64,000 bases of DNA, from sequence record PQ898602.1, one strand, 5' to 3'. This document shows, in pieces, positions 35,471 through 45,025 of this stretch. Positions within the stretch are counted from its first letter, which is position 1, and the number at the start of each line of letters is the position of its first letter. The position numbers and the translations under genes were made by a program. The notes under the pieces were generated by a model that saw nothing but the letters and a program-made list of their open reading frames with translations, was not told the origin of the DNA and did no database searches.

Positions 35471-36150
35471 AAATGTTCTACAACATTGATAGTATTCTCA
35501 AATCTGAACTTCGTAAGGAACCTTGGGAACATAAAGTTGTTGATAATTCAATCAATCCAGAGGTCTTCAAGACTCTCTCCCTTATTCCTAAGATGATCCT
35601 GAATAAGAATAGGAGAGGGACACCTTTGATGAGTAAGTTCATTCATGAATCCAAGGTGGATTATGAGGGTGCTGTTATGGATCTTGAAGAACTACTTAGA
35701 GTGGGTCTTGCGGAAAATATGGTAGAACTTCTTTATGATTGTGGTAAGTCTTTGTTTGATGCTAAAGATCAGATCTTAGAACAATTCTCTTCTTACCAGA
35801 AGTCTTCTGATGGAGAATATCTTTTTGATGTAAACTTGCAGTTTTTATTCCCAGGAAATGAAGTGAGTTTGCATGATGGTGGGTACAATAGGACTCTTTC
35901 ATGTGTTACTTACCTGAGCCCAGATATACAATCGGGAACACGGCTCGGTGATTCAACAGAAGTTGAATGGAAGAAAAATAGATCAATAATCTTTGCCCCA
36001 CATAAAGGAGTGACTTGGACTTCTTATGAAAATCCCTATGAGATGCAGTCGTTCCGATTTGTCATCAGTACTTTTGTTGAATTTGTAGAATATAAGAATA
36101 TCGAATTTTCTACTGGTAAGAAGTTTAAATTCTTGACTGGTTCCAAATGA
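35467..36150 (+). CDS. degenerate 2OG-Fe(II) oxygenase-like paralogue of 34050
   Basis: PWEHKVVDNS, EWKKNRSIIF; HxD reads HDG and the distal His reads T. Confidence 0.65.
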   Translation: MKMFYNIDSILKSELRKEPWEHKVVDNSINPEVFKTLSLIPKMILNKNRRGTPLMSKFIHESKVDYEGAVMDLEELLRVGLAENMVELLYDCGKSLFDAKDQILEQFSSYQKSSDGEYLFDVNLQFLFPGNEVSLHDGGYNRTLSCVTYLSPDIQSGTRLGDSTEVEWKKNRSIIFAPHKGVTWTSYENPYEMQSFRFVISTFVEFVEYKNIEFSTGKKFKFLTGSK

Positions 36151-36887
36151 ATATTTCTTACTATGGTCACCCTCTGGAGATGTATCCTGGGTGTGTGAAT
36201 AAAGAGACTGAAGAAGATACAAGGGTATGTAAACAATACTACTTTGAAGAAGAACCAAAGATATTGAACTATGAATATCTTTCCGAGACTACTCTGTCAA
36301 AGAAAGATATGACTCATACGATCTCAGTTTTCATGGAGGATGTGAACCATGTGAAGGATGGGAAGTACGATGATCCTGATGATGTTGTGGTGAATACGCC
36401 TACACACTTCACCAAACTTCCAACTCTTTACAGACAACTAAAAGAGGATCCATGCCTTCACTATCCAATATGGTATTACCCTAATGGGAACATGTTCAGT
36501 GGTTTGGGTAGAACTCTGATCATCACTAGGTATTTCAGAGAGATGACTTTGGATAAAGTCGTTTGCAATACTCAAGATGGTGGTTCAGTGCAGGACTTGA
36601 TTGATCGTATTAGTCGGAGTCGATACTGGAAAAACAAGTCCTTGACAGGGATGAATGCAGTTGTTATGATTGCGAACGTCGAAGCGCCACCGCATCAACT
36701 CTTTGTCCGTCAGTTGGAGTTTTCGGATAAGACATCCGACCAATTCCTTTCTGGACCTTGGGTGGAGTCATACCTCCATATGGATGACCTTTGGAGAGAG
36801 ATGAAGAAACTCATTATCTCTTTCAATACGTCAGAACCAAGAGACTACTTGCGGCTTCTAGATAAATTGATTCGGATTGACGCTTGA
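36147..36887 (+). CDS. family X copy 4
   Basis: FTKLPTLY..YPIWY..FSGLGRTLIITRYFREM. Confidence 0.6.
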   Translation: MNISYYGHPLEMYPGCVNKETEEDTRVCKQYYFEEEPKILNYEYLSETTLSKKDMTHTISVFMEDVNHVKDGKYDDPDDVVVNTPTHFTKLPTLYRQLKEDPCLHYPIWYYPNGNMFSGLGRTLIITRYFREMTLDKVVCNTQDGGSVQDLIDRISRSRYWKNKSLTGMNAVVMIANVEAPPHQLFVRQLEFSDKTSDQFLSGPWVESYLHMDDLWREMKKLIISFNTSEPRDYLRLLDKLIRIDA

Positions 36888-36917
36888 CATTATACGGAAA
36901 TCCGTATATTATAAATA
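36884..36917 (+). promoter_or_regulatory. overlapping early and late promoters of psbA
   Basis: TTGACA-N17-TATTAT with TATAAATA at 36910-36917. Confidence 0.7.
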
Positions 36918-36959
36918 AATCAACGGATTAAGAAACGTAACGTTTTCTAATCTATTGTA

Positions 36960-37075
36960 AACTCTCCGTAAACCGAGACCTCTAGGGAGTATAAATCACG
37001 TCTCTAATACCCGAGCCGGAGGGTGGCACGGGAATACTTATAACTGGTTCGTCCCCCGAACTTTTACTTAACCCT
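36960..37075 (+). ncRNA. psbA 5' leader RNA, probably PhotoRC-II motif
   Basis: GAGAC...GTCTC and CCCG..CGGG pairings in the psbA 5' UTR; family assignment from recall and position. Confidence 0.55.
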
Positions 37076-37086
37076 TTTTCAAAACA

Positions 37087-38163
37087 ATGGCTACAACTCT
37101 TTCAAGACAACAAACATCTACCTGGGAAGACTTTTGTTCCTGGGTGACCAGCACCAATAATCGTCTGTATGTCGGTTGGTTCGGAGTCCTCATGATTCCT
37201 ACCCTTCTTGCCGCAACAGTCTGCTTCATCACTGCTTTCATCGCTGCCCCACCAGTTGACATCGATGGAATCCGCGAACCAGTTGCTGGTTCTCTAATGT
37301 ATGGTAATAATATCATCTCTGGTGCCGTCGTACCATCGTCTAACGCAATCGGTCTTCACTTCTATCCCATCTGGGAAGCCGCCTCTCTCGATGAGTGGCT
37401 CTACAATGGTGGTCCTTTCCAACTTGTAGTATTCCACTTCCTGATCGGCATCTATGCCTACATGGGTCGTGAGTGGGAACTCTCTTATCGTCTGGGTATG
37501 CGCCCTTGGATCTGTGTTGCATACTCCGCACCTGTTGCTGCTGCTTCTGCAGTCTTCCTCGTCTATCCTTTCGGTCAAGGTAGTTTCTCCGATGCTATGC
37601 CTCTTGGTATCTCTGGTACTTTTAACTATATGCTTGTATTCCAAGCAGAACACAATATCCTTATGCATCCGTTCCACATGCTCGGTGTTGCTGGGGTATT
37701 CGGTGGATCTCTGTTCTCTGCTATGCACGGAAGTCTGGTTACTTCTTCTCTCGTCCGTGAGACGACTGAAACTGAGTCCCAGAACTATGGTTACAAGTTC
37801 GGTCAAGAAGAAGAGACCTACAACATCGTCGCCGCTCATGGTTACTTCGGTCGTTTGATCTTCCAATATGCATCCTTTAACAACTCACGTTCTCTGCACT
37901 TCTTCCTCGCTGCGTGGCCTGTTATCGGCATCTGGTTCACTGCTCTTGGTGTTAGCACCATGGCATTCAACCTTAACGGATTCAACTTCAACCAGTCTAT
38001 CCAAGACAACCAAGGACACGTCCTTAACACTTGGGCAGACGTTCTGAACCGCGCTGGTCTCGGTATGGAAGTCATGCACGAGCGTAATGCTCACAACTTC
38101 CCTCTGGACCTTGCTGCTGCTGAGTCCACTCCTGTTGCGCTTTCCGCACCTTCTATCGGTTGA
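37087..38163 (+). CDS. psbA: photosystem II D1 protein (intron-free)
   Basis: [14 protein letters not shown]...[13 protein letters not shown]. Confidence 0.99.
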   Translation: MATTLSRQQTSTWEDFCSWVTSTNNRLYVGWFGVLMIPTLLAATVCFITAFIAAPPVDIDGIREPVAGSLMYGNNIISGAVVPSSNAIGLHFYPIWEAASLDEWLYNGGPFQLVVFHFLIGIYAYMGREWELSYRLGMRPWICVAYSAPVAAASAVFLVYPFGQGSFSDAMPLGISGTFNYMLVFQAEHNILMHPFHMLGVAGVFGGSLFSAMHGSLVTSSLVRETTETESQNYGYKFGQEEETYNIVAAHGYFGRLIFQYASFNNSRSLHFFLAAWPVIGIWFTALGVSTMAFNLNGFNFNQSIQDNQGHVLNTWADVLNRAGLGMEVMHERNAHNFPLDLAAAESTPVALSAPSIG

Positions 38164-38184
38164 TCAAAAAATCGGTTATAATAG

Positions 38185-38208
38185 GGAGGTCTTAGGACCT
38201 CCTTTTTT
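38185..38208 (+). terminator. intrinsic terminator after psbA
   Basis: GGAGGTC-TTAG-GACCTCC-T6. Confidence 0.8.
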
Positions 38209-38231
38209 ATTCTAAAGTTTTGTAAAGTTTT

Positions 38232-38594
38232 ATGATTGGCAAACTCGACCCCGAAGAAAATGTTATGAATGATGATTCTGTAATTGCAAAACGCAAAGCA
38301 ATCGCTGTATGCAACCAAGGTGTAGTCCAAGACCTTTACGACACAATCGCTAAACTTGGATGGGATTGCTATGACGACATTGATGTTGAGATTGGTGGTA
38401 CTTCAGTTTCTGGTATTGATGTTGGTGAGGAGTACAACAAAAAGTGGCAGTCGCCTCTAGGTACTCGGAAGTATAATAAAGATGCATTTATTATTATCAA
38501 GAACCAAGGTCGTCGTGATTTGACTAAATCACAACCTTTCCCTGAAGGTGAGTTCAAACCCCAACATCCTCATGAACCTTATACCTCCAACTAG
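38232..38594 (+). CDS. hypothetical protein
   Basis: 120 aa ORF between psbA and psbD. Confidence 0.7.
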   Translation: MIGKLDPEENVMNDDSVIAKRKAIAVCNQGVVQDLYDTIAKLGWDCYDDIDVEIGGTSVSGIDVGEEYNKKWQSPLGTRKYNKDAFIIIKNQGRRDLTKSQPFPEGEFKPQHPHEPYTSN

Positions 38595-38802
38595 TCCTGA
38601 ATACTTTAACCAAACTTCAGAAGATCCATACGATCGACATACTTACAGGTTGCACCTTTCAAATGGTGAACATCGAGACTTCAACTCATGGGAAGAAACC
38701 GCTGGTGCATGGTTTCAATTACCTGCATTGTTTACTTCCCACGTTGAAGTGTTAGATAAACCTGACAAGAAACCTAAACGACAGACTAAAGGATTTAAAT
38801 AA
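38572..38802 (+). CDS. hypothetical protein
   Basis: ORF ending 2 nt before psbD. Confidence 0.6.
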   Translation: MNLIPPTSPEYFNQTSEDPYDRHTYRLHLSNGEHRDFNSWEETAGAWFQLPALFTSHVEVLDKPDKKPKRQTKGFK

Positions 38803-38804
38803 CT

Positions 38805-39860
38805 ATGACAACTTCAACTTTAAATATTCCACAGAGGGGGTGGTTCGATGTCCTTGATGACTGGCTTAAACGAGATCGCTTTGTCTTTGTGGGTTGGTCT
38901 GGACTACTTCTTTTTCCCACTGCTTATCTTGCAATTGGTGGCTGGCTTACTGGCACGACGTTTGCTACGAGCTGGTACACCCACGGACTCGCAACTAGTT
39001 ACCTTGAGGGTGCTAATTTTCTTACAGCGGCAGTGTCAACTCCTGCTGACGCTATGGGTCATTCTCTTCTTCTACTTTGGGGTCCTGAGTCTCAGGGAGA
39101 TTTCGTCCGCTGGATCCAGCTTGGGGGACTCTGGGCTTTTGTGGCGCTCCACGGAGCCTTCGCTCTGATTGGTTTCATGTTGCGTCAGTTTGAACTTGCA
39201 CGTCTTATCGGTATCCGTCCGTACAATGCGATTGCGTTCTCTGGTCCCATTGCTGTTTTTGTTAGCGTTTTTCTCATCTACCCTCTCGGACAATCCAGTT
39301 GGTTCTTTGCGCCGTCTTTCGGTGTCGCGGCGATTTTCCGCTTCCTTCTCTTCCTCCAGGGTTTTCATAACTGGACGCTCAATCCCTTCCATATGATGGG
39401 TGTTGCAGGTATCCTGGGTGGTGCATTGCTTTCTGCGATTCATGGTGTTACAGTAGAGAACACGTTGTATCAAGATGGTGAACAAGCAAACACATTCAAA
39501 GCATTTGACTCAACCCAAGAAGAAGAAACCTACTCCATGGTTACCGCCAACCGATTTTGGTCACAAATTTTCGGTATTGCATTTAGTAATAAGAGGTGGC
39601 TTCATTTCTTCATGTTGTTTGTGCCTGTTATGGGTCTTTGGACTTCTTCTATCGGCATCATCGGACTTGCACTCAACCTTCGGGCGTATGATTTCGTCTC
39701 GCAAGAAATCCGTGCCGCAGAAGACCCCGAGTTTGAGACGTTCTATACTAAGAACATCCTGCTCAACGAAGGTCTACGTGCTTGGATGGCGCCAGTAGAT
39801 CAACCTCACGAACAATTCATCTTCCCTGAGGAAGTTCTTCCCCGTGGTAATGCACTCTAA
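38805..39860 (+). CDS. psbD: photosystem II D2 protein
   Basis: [16 protein letters not shown]...[10 protein letters not shown]. Confidence 0.99.
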   Translation: MTTSTLNIPQRGWFDVLDDWLKRDRFVFVGWSGLLLFPTAYLAIGGWLTGTTFATSWYTHGLATSYLEGANFLTAAVSTPADAMGHSLLLLWGPESQGDFVRWIQLGGLWAFVALHGAFALIGFMLRQFELARLIGIRPYNAIAFSGPIAVFVSVFLIYPLGQSSWFFAPSFGVAAIFRFLLFLQGFHNWTLNPFHMMGVAGILGGALLSAIHGVTVENTLYQDGEQANTFKAFDSTQEEETYSMVTANRFWSQIFGIAFSNKRWLHFFMLFVPVMGLWTSSIGIIGLALNLRAYDFVSQEIRAAEDPEFETFYTKNILLNEGLRAWMAPVDQPHEQFIFPEEVLPRGNAL

Positions 39861-40053
39861 ATAACCAATGCATGATCACGAATCAACAATACCTATGTGG
39901 GTCTACCTGACCGGCATAGGTCTTTTTCTTTTTACAATATTGTGTTTTGGGATAATGTTAGCGGGAATGGTATACACATGATTACCTCGGAGATGCCTTA
40001 TAAACTAAGAGAAATTATAATGGATACATGGCCACAACTCTACTGGTTGAAAG

Positions 40054-40710
40054 ATGCAAAAGACAAAGATAACAAGAATAAATTACGCAATAGAGACTTA
40101 TCGAAAGAATTGTAGTAGTTATACATTTGAACTATCTAAATCTAGAGTTGTTAAAGATGGAAATTATCGAGAGTGTCTTTTAGGAAAAAATGCAATATAC
40201 ATTCCAATCGATAAATGTGCTTCCAATTCCATGAGGAAATGTTTGATCGAAAAAGGTTTCATTTCCATGGAAAAAATTAAAGATCATGATACAGCACTTG
40301 AAAGATTTAAAGATTGGAATCATTTTGCAGTGGTTAGACAACCAATAAGCAGGTATGTGTCTGGACTAACTGAATTCATATTCAGATATTCACATGAATC
40401 AAATAAATGTTATGAGTATCTCGAAAAGTCATTGAGTGAAAATAAATTTATTTTTGATGGTCACACTATGCCTATGGATTGCACTCTTTACTTTAGGGAC
40501 AATGTAAAACTTTTCAAACTGAACGATAGTTTGCATGGTCAAGTTTCAAATTATCTTGGATTGGATTTGTTTCCAATGGAAAATTTGAATAGAAGTCTTG
40601 ATTCTTTTAAGGAATCCGCACAAAAATTGTTTGATAGATATTGTAAGAACAACCCAGAATTTTATGAATTTTGTAAAAAAGATTTTGACATCTGGGAAAG
40701 TGCATGTTAA
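40054..40710 (+). CDS. sulfotransferase family 2-like protein
   Basis: YIPIDKCASNS (5'-PSB) and VVRQPISRYVSG (3'-PB) motifs. Confidence 0.7.
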   Translation: MQKTKITRINYAIETYRKNCSSYTFELSKSRVVKDGNYRECLLGKNAIYIPIDKCASNSMRKCLIEKGFISMEKIKDHDTALERFKDWNHFAVVRQPISRYVSGLTEFIFRYSHESNKCYEYLEKSLSENKFIFDGHTMPMDCTLYFRDNVKLFKLNDSLHGQVSNYLGLDLFPMENLNRSLDSFKESAQKLFDRYCKNNPEFYEFCKKDFDIWESAC

Positions 40711-40733
40711 ACTAGAAAAAAATTATCGAAACT

Positions 40734-41006
40734 ATGTTGTATCTGTTTTCTAAAACTGAATGTGGACCCTGCATTCTAGTAAAGAAATACTTTGCTGCGA
40801 TGAATGATTCTCGAACAGAATCAATCAAAGAAGTTTATTTGGATGATGGTGTAGGTGAAGAGGCACTAGACTTTGCTCGTAAATATAGTGTTACCGCAAC
40901 TCCTGTTCTTATTGTCACTGATGAAAATGGTGAAAAGGTAGAAGAGTTTGAGGGTGGTGTACCTATCACTAAAAACATTACACGACTATTGGACACTTAC
41001 GCATGA
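40734..41006 (+). CDS. thioredoxin/glutaredoxin-like protein
   Basis: CGPC active site, cis-Pro TPVL. Confidence 0.85.
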   Translation: MLYLFSKTECGPCILVKKYFAAMNDSRTESIKEVYLDDGVGEEALDFARKYSVTATPVLIVTDENGEKVEEFEGGVPITKNITRLLDTYA

Positions 41007-41428
41007 CTGAAGCCTACGTTCAGAGAGTATGGTTCTCTGTTATCTACAAAGCAACTGGAAAGAAGAAATGTGATTGTGGATGGGAAGTAGATGCAATGAA
41101 CATTGTCGCTATGAATCCACAAGAACTGACATATGTAAGGAGTGATGCACACCTTATGGGTCAGGTAGTTGATGTTACTCCCCCGCCTGCACTTCCCACC
41201 AATGAAGTCGTCAAGGCTGACGGATACTCTACTAGTGAGGAACCATTCAGACCTAGAGAAATCTCTTCGGAAATTGTGGTAAATATGGATGGAGGAGTTG
41301 GTGGATCTTGGGAGGAGAGAGAAGTTGAATATGAACATATCAACGATGATCCTCATGATGGTTGGTGGTTAAAACCTGAACATCAAAAGAGTCTACCCGA
41401 ATCCGATTTAGAACCATTCGTACCATGA
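41003..41428 (+). CDS. hypothetical protein
   Basis: 141 aa ORF, ATGA overlap. Confidence 0.65.
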   Translation: MTEAYVQRVWFSVIYKATGKKKCDCGWEVDAMNIVAMNPQELTYVRSDAHLMGQVVDVTPPPALPTNEVVKADGYSTSEEPFRPREISSEIVVNMDGGVGGSWEEREVEYEHINDDPHDGWWLKPEHQKSLPESDLEPFVP

Positions 41429-41567
41429 CTAACGAACTTCCAGAGTGGAAAAAGAGAGCACTCTCTGATCCATCACTCAAAGAAAAACAGGTTGACATTC
41501 TTATGAATGGACCTAAGAAGTTGACAGATGCGTGGTTTCTTCAAGCAATGAAATACAAATACGACAG

Positions 41568-41891
41568 ATGAGTACACCTGCACAACAACACAACGCACTC
41601 CTCGCAGTTGGGGAGTTGATGAAAATCATGATTGACGAGGAAAGATATCCAGATCTTCCCGAGAAGATTAGGTTGTCTGTTAAAGCACTCCTCCGCGACT
41701 ATCCAGATCGGTCTGTAATTGATTCTCTATATGAGGGTCAGACTTATGGAGAAGTTCCTGAAGATGACTCGGATATTACTGAGGAAGAACGAGAAAGTAA
41801 TGACAGGTTTTATAACAATAATCAAACCTGGGATACTCCTGGATACAAATGGAAAACTCAAGTAGAATTCTCTCCTGCAGAGGATGCTTGA
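41568..41891 (+). CDS. hypothetical protein
   Basis: ORF; start corrected to ATG 41568. Confidence 0.6.
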   Translation: MSTPAQQHNALLAVGELMKIMIDEERYPDLPEKIRLSVKALLRDYPDRSVIDSLYEGQTYGEVPEDDSDITEEERESNDRFYNNNQTWDTPGYKWKTQVEFSPAEDA

Positions 41892-41916
41892 CAAACACTC
41901 GGACATGCATTACTAT
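41888..41916 (+). promoter_or_regulatory. sigma70-like early promoter for tRNA-Ala
   Basis: TTGACA-N17-TACTAT. Confidence 0.7.
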
Positions 41917-41925
41917 GTCTTTACT

Positions 41926-41998
41926 GGGGGATTAGCTCAATTGGTAGAGCACCTGCTTTGCAAGCAGGGGGTTAGCGGTTCGAGTCCGCTATTCTCCA
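41926..41998 (+). tRNA. trnA: tRNA-Ala(UGC)
   Basis: GGGGGAT/ATTCTCC acceptor with G3:U70, CCTGC-TTTGCAA-GCAGG arm. Confidence 0.95.
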
Positions 41999-41999
41999 T

Positions 42000-42575
42000 A
42001 TGAAATATTCTATTTACGATAACATCTTCTCTGAAGATGCTAGAATATATCTTCAGGAACTGGCACTTTCTGAAGCATATGTTAATATGCATTATCCAAA
42101 CGGGTATCGTGCATCAGACTTTGATATGTCTGGTGGACCTAAGATTGATAAAAGAGTACTTGAAGAGATAAGAGAAAAGGTACCCGTACTTAAAGGATTA
42201 AAGTATACCAGATCTTGGAGTTTTGTTTATAACTCACAATGCAATGGTGTAAACCCACATGCAGACCCTAGTTTATATAATTTAAATGTGTGGGTTACTC
42301 CAGATGAATCTGTAGAAGATTGGAACAAGAATGGTTTGAGAATTTACGAAAAAGATCGTGGTGATTTAACTCATGATGATTATAATCGTAATCAAGATCT
42401 AATTACTAAAATGATTCAAGACTCTGATTGGAAAGTTGTTCCCTATAAGTGCAATCGAGGAGTTTTATTTCCTGGAAAATTATTTCATGCCACAGATAAA
42501 GTGCATATGAAACCTGGTGATCATAACCGCAGAATTAACTATACATTTCTTTTTGAACCCTATCATACCTATTGA
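42000..42575 (+). CDS. 2OG-Fe(II) oxygenase-like
   Basis: HAD, YKCNRGVLF..LFHAT..RINYTFLF. Confidence 0.8.
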   Translation: MKYSIYDNIFSEDARIYLQELALSEAYVNMHYPNGYRASDFDMSGGPKIDKRVLEEIREKVPVLKGLKYTRSWSFVYNSQCNGVNPHADPSLYNLNVWVTPDESVEDWNKNGLRIYEKDRGDLTHDDYNRNQDLITKMIQDSDWKVVPYKCNRGVLFPGKLFHATDKVHMKPGDHNRRINYTFLFEPYHTY

Positions 42576-42598
42576 CAGACTGCATAGATAGAGTATAA

Positions 42599-42823
42599 TT
42601 GTCATGTAATACTCACAAGTTTATGCTAATGAACGTACCAACTCAAAGTGAGTTGACGCATATGCAACTCCAAGCTATGTTGAGGGAGAACAAATTCCCT
42701 AGTAGTCAACTCATGTATCTTGGTGAACGTGAAGGTGAACACTGGTATCTCATTGCAGGTGAACACGAAGTGCCTGTGAGTGATATCGTCGGTCTAGATC
42801 AAGTAATCGAGGAGGAAGAATGA
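42599..42823 (+). CDS. hypothetical protein
   Basis: ORF after TTGACA-N16-TATAAT (42572-42599); true start probably a downstream ATG. Confidence 0.55.
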   Translation: MSCNTHKFMLMNVPTQSELTHMQLQAMLRENKFPSSQLMYLGEREGEHWYLIAGEHEVPVSDIVGLDQVIEEEE

Positions 42824-43020
42824 GTTCCGATCAATACGTAATCGATGATGGAGAATCTAAACAAGACAAATGGAATCGAGGTCTTGACATCTTCATTGAA
42901 TCTGTAATTAAACCAGATCCTGCACTACGACAATGCGCCCACAATCAAAGATGTTTTCATGAATTGATGGACGTTAGGGAACAGGTTTTGCAACATCTCA
43001 ATTCTATGAGATGGAACTGA
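42820..43020 (+). CDS. hypothetical protein
   Basis: 66 aa, SD GGAGG. Confidence 0.65.
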   Translation: MSSDQYVIDDGESKQDKWNRGLDIFIESVIKPDPALRQCAHNQRCFHELMDVREQVLQHLNSMRWN

Positions 43021-43021
43021 T

Positions 43022-43270
43022 ATGGGATACTACTTCTTCCTGATTGTTTTCTGTACTGCCGCATGGTGCATCGCGATGGACGAATCTGTGGCAAAAGCCT
43101 TTATCTACGTTTATGACTATGCTGTGGTGAGATTCCGAAAGTGGAAGTGGTGGCTTTTAAACAATCCCAAAAATCCTATTGTCAGGTATTTCATAAATCG
43201 TCGTTCTCATAAGATGGCGGAAGAACTTCTTAAACAACTAAAAGATCATGAGTCGAAAGAAGAAAGTTAG
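43022..43270 (+). CDS. hypothetical membrane protein
   Basis: 82 aa, N-terminal TM. Confidence 0.55.
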   Translation: MGYYFFLIVFCTAAWCIAMDESVAKAFIYVYDYAVVRFRKWKWWLLNNPKNPIVRYFINRRSHKMAEELLKQLKDHESKEES

Positions 43271-43505
43271 TTACTACATCGAAACCATCGAAAAAGACGA
43301 CTATGTGAAATACACTGGTTGTAGTAAAGAACAAGTTAGGTGGGGAAACAATGACGATCCAGAACCTTTCCTTGTTCAAGGTGGTATATACTATGTGGAG
43401 AATACGATTGTTAAGTCTTCACATACAAAACTAGTCCTTCGAGGTGTTGAAGGTCAGTTCAATAGTGTATGTTTTGAACGAATTGGAAAAGCAGAATGTC
43501 CATGA
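43248..43505 (+). CDS. hypothetical protein
   Basis: 85 aa ORF. Confidence 0.6.
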   Translation: MSRKKKVSYYIETIEKDDYVKYTGCSKEQVRWGNNDDPEPFLVQGGIYYVENTIVKSSHTKLVLRGVEGQFNSVCFERIGKAECP

Positions 43506-43678
43506 ACAAAGTTGATGCCATCTGGATTTGTCGCAGGATGATGAAGATTTGGCATCCAGAATTCTATGGGGATCTCCCCGCCAAACAAAAATATTGGACC
43601 CACTTTCTTGACAACCTCAAAGAAGGTGGGTATATTGATGAGGAAGATTACAACACCTGGAAGAACCCTTTCAAATGA
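43496..43678 (+). CDS. hypothetical protein
   Basis: 60 aa ORF. Confidence 0.55.
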   Translation: MSMNKVDAIWICRRMMKIWHPEFYGDLPAKQKYWTHFLDNLKEGGYIDEEDYNTWKNPFK

Positions 43679-43818
43679 AGTGTGAAGTCCAACTCTATGT
43701 CGCTGGTAAAGTCTTCAAAGAAGAAGTGTATGCCCGTGACTATCAAGAAGCACGGGAAGTTGCCCTTGCTCGTAATCCAAATGCAAAAGTCATCGGCGTA
43801 ACCGCTGTATTCAAATGA
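43675..43818 (+). CDS. hypothetical protein (47 aa)
   Basis: Hand-translated MKCEVQLYVAGKVFKEEVYARDYQEAREVALARNPNAKVIGVTAVFK; ATGA overlaps on both sides. Confidence 0.65.
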   Translation: MKCEVQLYVAGKVFKEEVYARDYQEAREVALARNPNAKVIGVTAVFK

Positions 43819-44027
43819 AACAAGACAAACAGAAACTCAGAGCACAAGTGAAGTCTAGGTTCTACTATTACTTCTGGGGTCTTGCAACTATTGCGGTAGT
43901 CTTCGGTCAACTCTATGTTGGAACTGGATATCGCATCTTGCATCAAGACATGAGAGAACTTCTTCACAAGGTAGATGGAGTTCTACTACATAAAAATGAA
44001 GTGAGTCCATATAGGGGTGTAATGTGA
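43815..44027 (+). CDS. hypothetical membrane protein
   Basis: 70 aa, one TM. Confidence 0.55.
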   Translation: MKQDKQKLRAQVKSRFYYYFWGLATIAVVFGQLYVGTGYRILHQDMRELLHKVDGVLLHKNEVSPYRGVM

Positions 44028-44497
44028 GCGAAGTAAGTTATAAAAAACACCGAGTATTTCGGGAAACAGACTCCGTAGTTTTCTACGACATTTCGGTGGA
44101 GGAATCAAATGCAAGTGACCTGGTTGTTCATACTGGACCTGCCATCTCGCCCCCGAATGACATCGTTGGTGCGAAACAATTTTACATTCACTATCATCAG
44201 GTAGATCACAATCGTGTCCTGTCTGGTACTCGTACTTTTGAGTTAGTGAATCCTGAGTGGAAGTTCCCGTATCATATTGTTCACCTTAATAGAACAAGTG
44301 GTGCATTAGTAGTTCCCAAAATGACTTTCCATCGTTCCATGTCTGGTGACGATGGTTCTATTGTAATTAACCAAGCTGTCCGTGACGATGAGTTTAACCC
44401 TGACACAGAGTTCATCCCCGTTTCCGCCGCTGAAAACGAAGACCTTTACAACATCCTTCGACATGAAAAACCAGTCATCCACCACGTCGGAGAATAA
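44024..44497 (+). CDS. cupin-fold protein
   Basis: YIHYHQVDHN, LVVPKMTFHRS. Confidence 0.65.
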   Translation: MSEVSYKKHRVFRETDSVVFYDISVEESNASDLVVHTGPAISPPNDIVGAKQFYIHYHQVDHNRVLSGTRTFELVNPEWKFPYHIVHLNRTSGALVVPKMTFHRSMSGDDGSIVINQAVRDDEFNPDTEFIPVSAAENEDLYNILRHEKPVIHHVGE

Positions 44498-44669
44498 GTT
44501 TCCTTTTGAAGGATTTCCTGTTCGACTTGAGATTTACGAAGGAAAAGGTAAACAAAAAACTACCCGAGTTTGTCACTTTCAATGTGTAGAACATGCAGAA
44601 CGTCAGATTGATCGATACAAACTAAAGAAACGTCAGTATAAAATGGAAATCAGAAAGGACGTTAAATAG
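44382..44669 (+). CDS. hypothetical protein
   Basis: ORF; true start uncertain, probably nearer 44490. Confidence 0.4.
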   Translation: MTMSLTLTQSSSPFPPLKTKTFTTSFDMKNQSSTTSENKFPFEGFPVRLEIYEGKGKQKTTRVCHFQCVEHAERQIDRYKLKKRQYKMEIRKDVK

Positions 44670-44689
44670 TAGTATGAATCAGTTAAAGT

Positions 44690-45025
44690 ATGCATGTAAA
44701 CAAACCTTGGGGTTGGTATAAAGACCTAAAGAGAACTCCTCAACTAGTGGTCAAACAACTATACGTCAAACCTTTTTCTAGATTTTCTTTACAGAAACAC
44801 TTCAAAAGAGAAGAAGCATGGTATATTGTTTCTGGAATTGGAAAGGTGACGATTGATCAAATGATCTATACAGTTGGACCTGGTGATACTTACATTGTTA
44901 AACCAGGTCAAGTTCATCGACTTGAAGCATATGCAGATGGTGTTGAATTTGTTGAAGTTCAACGTGGTGAGTGTTTTGAAGATGACATTGAGAGACTAGA
45001 AGATGACTTTGGAAGAACGATTTAG
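44690..45025 (+). CDS. mannose-6-phosphate isomerase type II C-terminal cupin
   Basis: KPWGWY, SLQKHFKREEAW, HRLE, EVQRGE..EDDIERLEDDFGR. Confidence 0.85.
   Translation: MHVNKPWGWYKDLKRTPQLVVKQLYVKPFSRFSLQKHFKREEAWYIVSGIGKVTIDQMIYTVGPGDTYIVKPGQVHRLEAYADGVEFVEVQRGECFEDDIERLEDDFGRTI

Noticed and set aside
37087-38804. Group I intron in psbA, or a homing endonuclease between psbA and psbD
   Set aside because: psbA is an uninterrupted 358-aa ORF, and the two intervening ORFs show no HNH, GIY-YIG or endonuclease VII motifs
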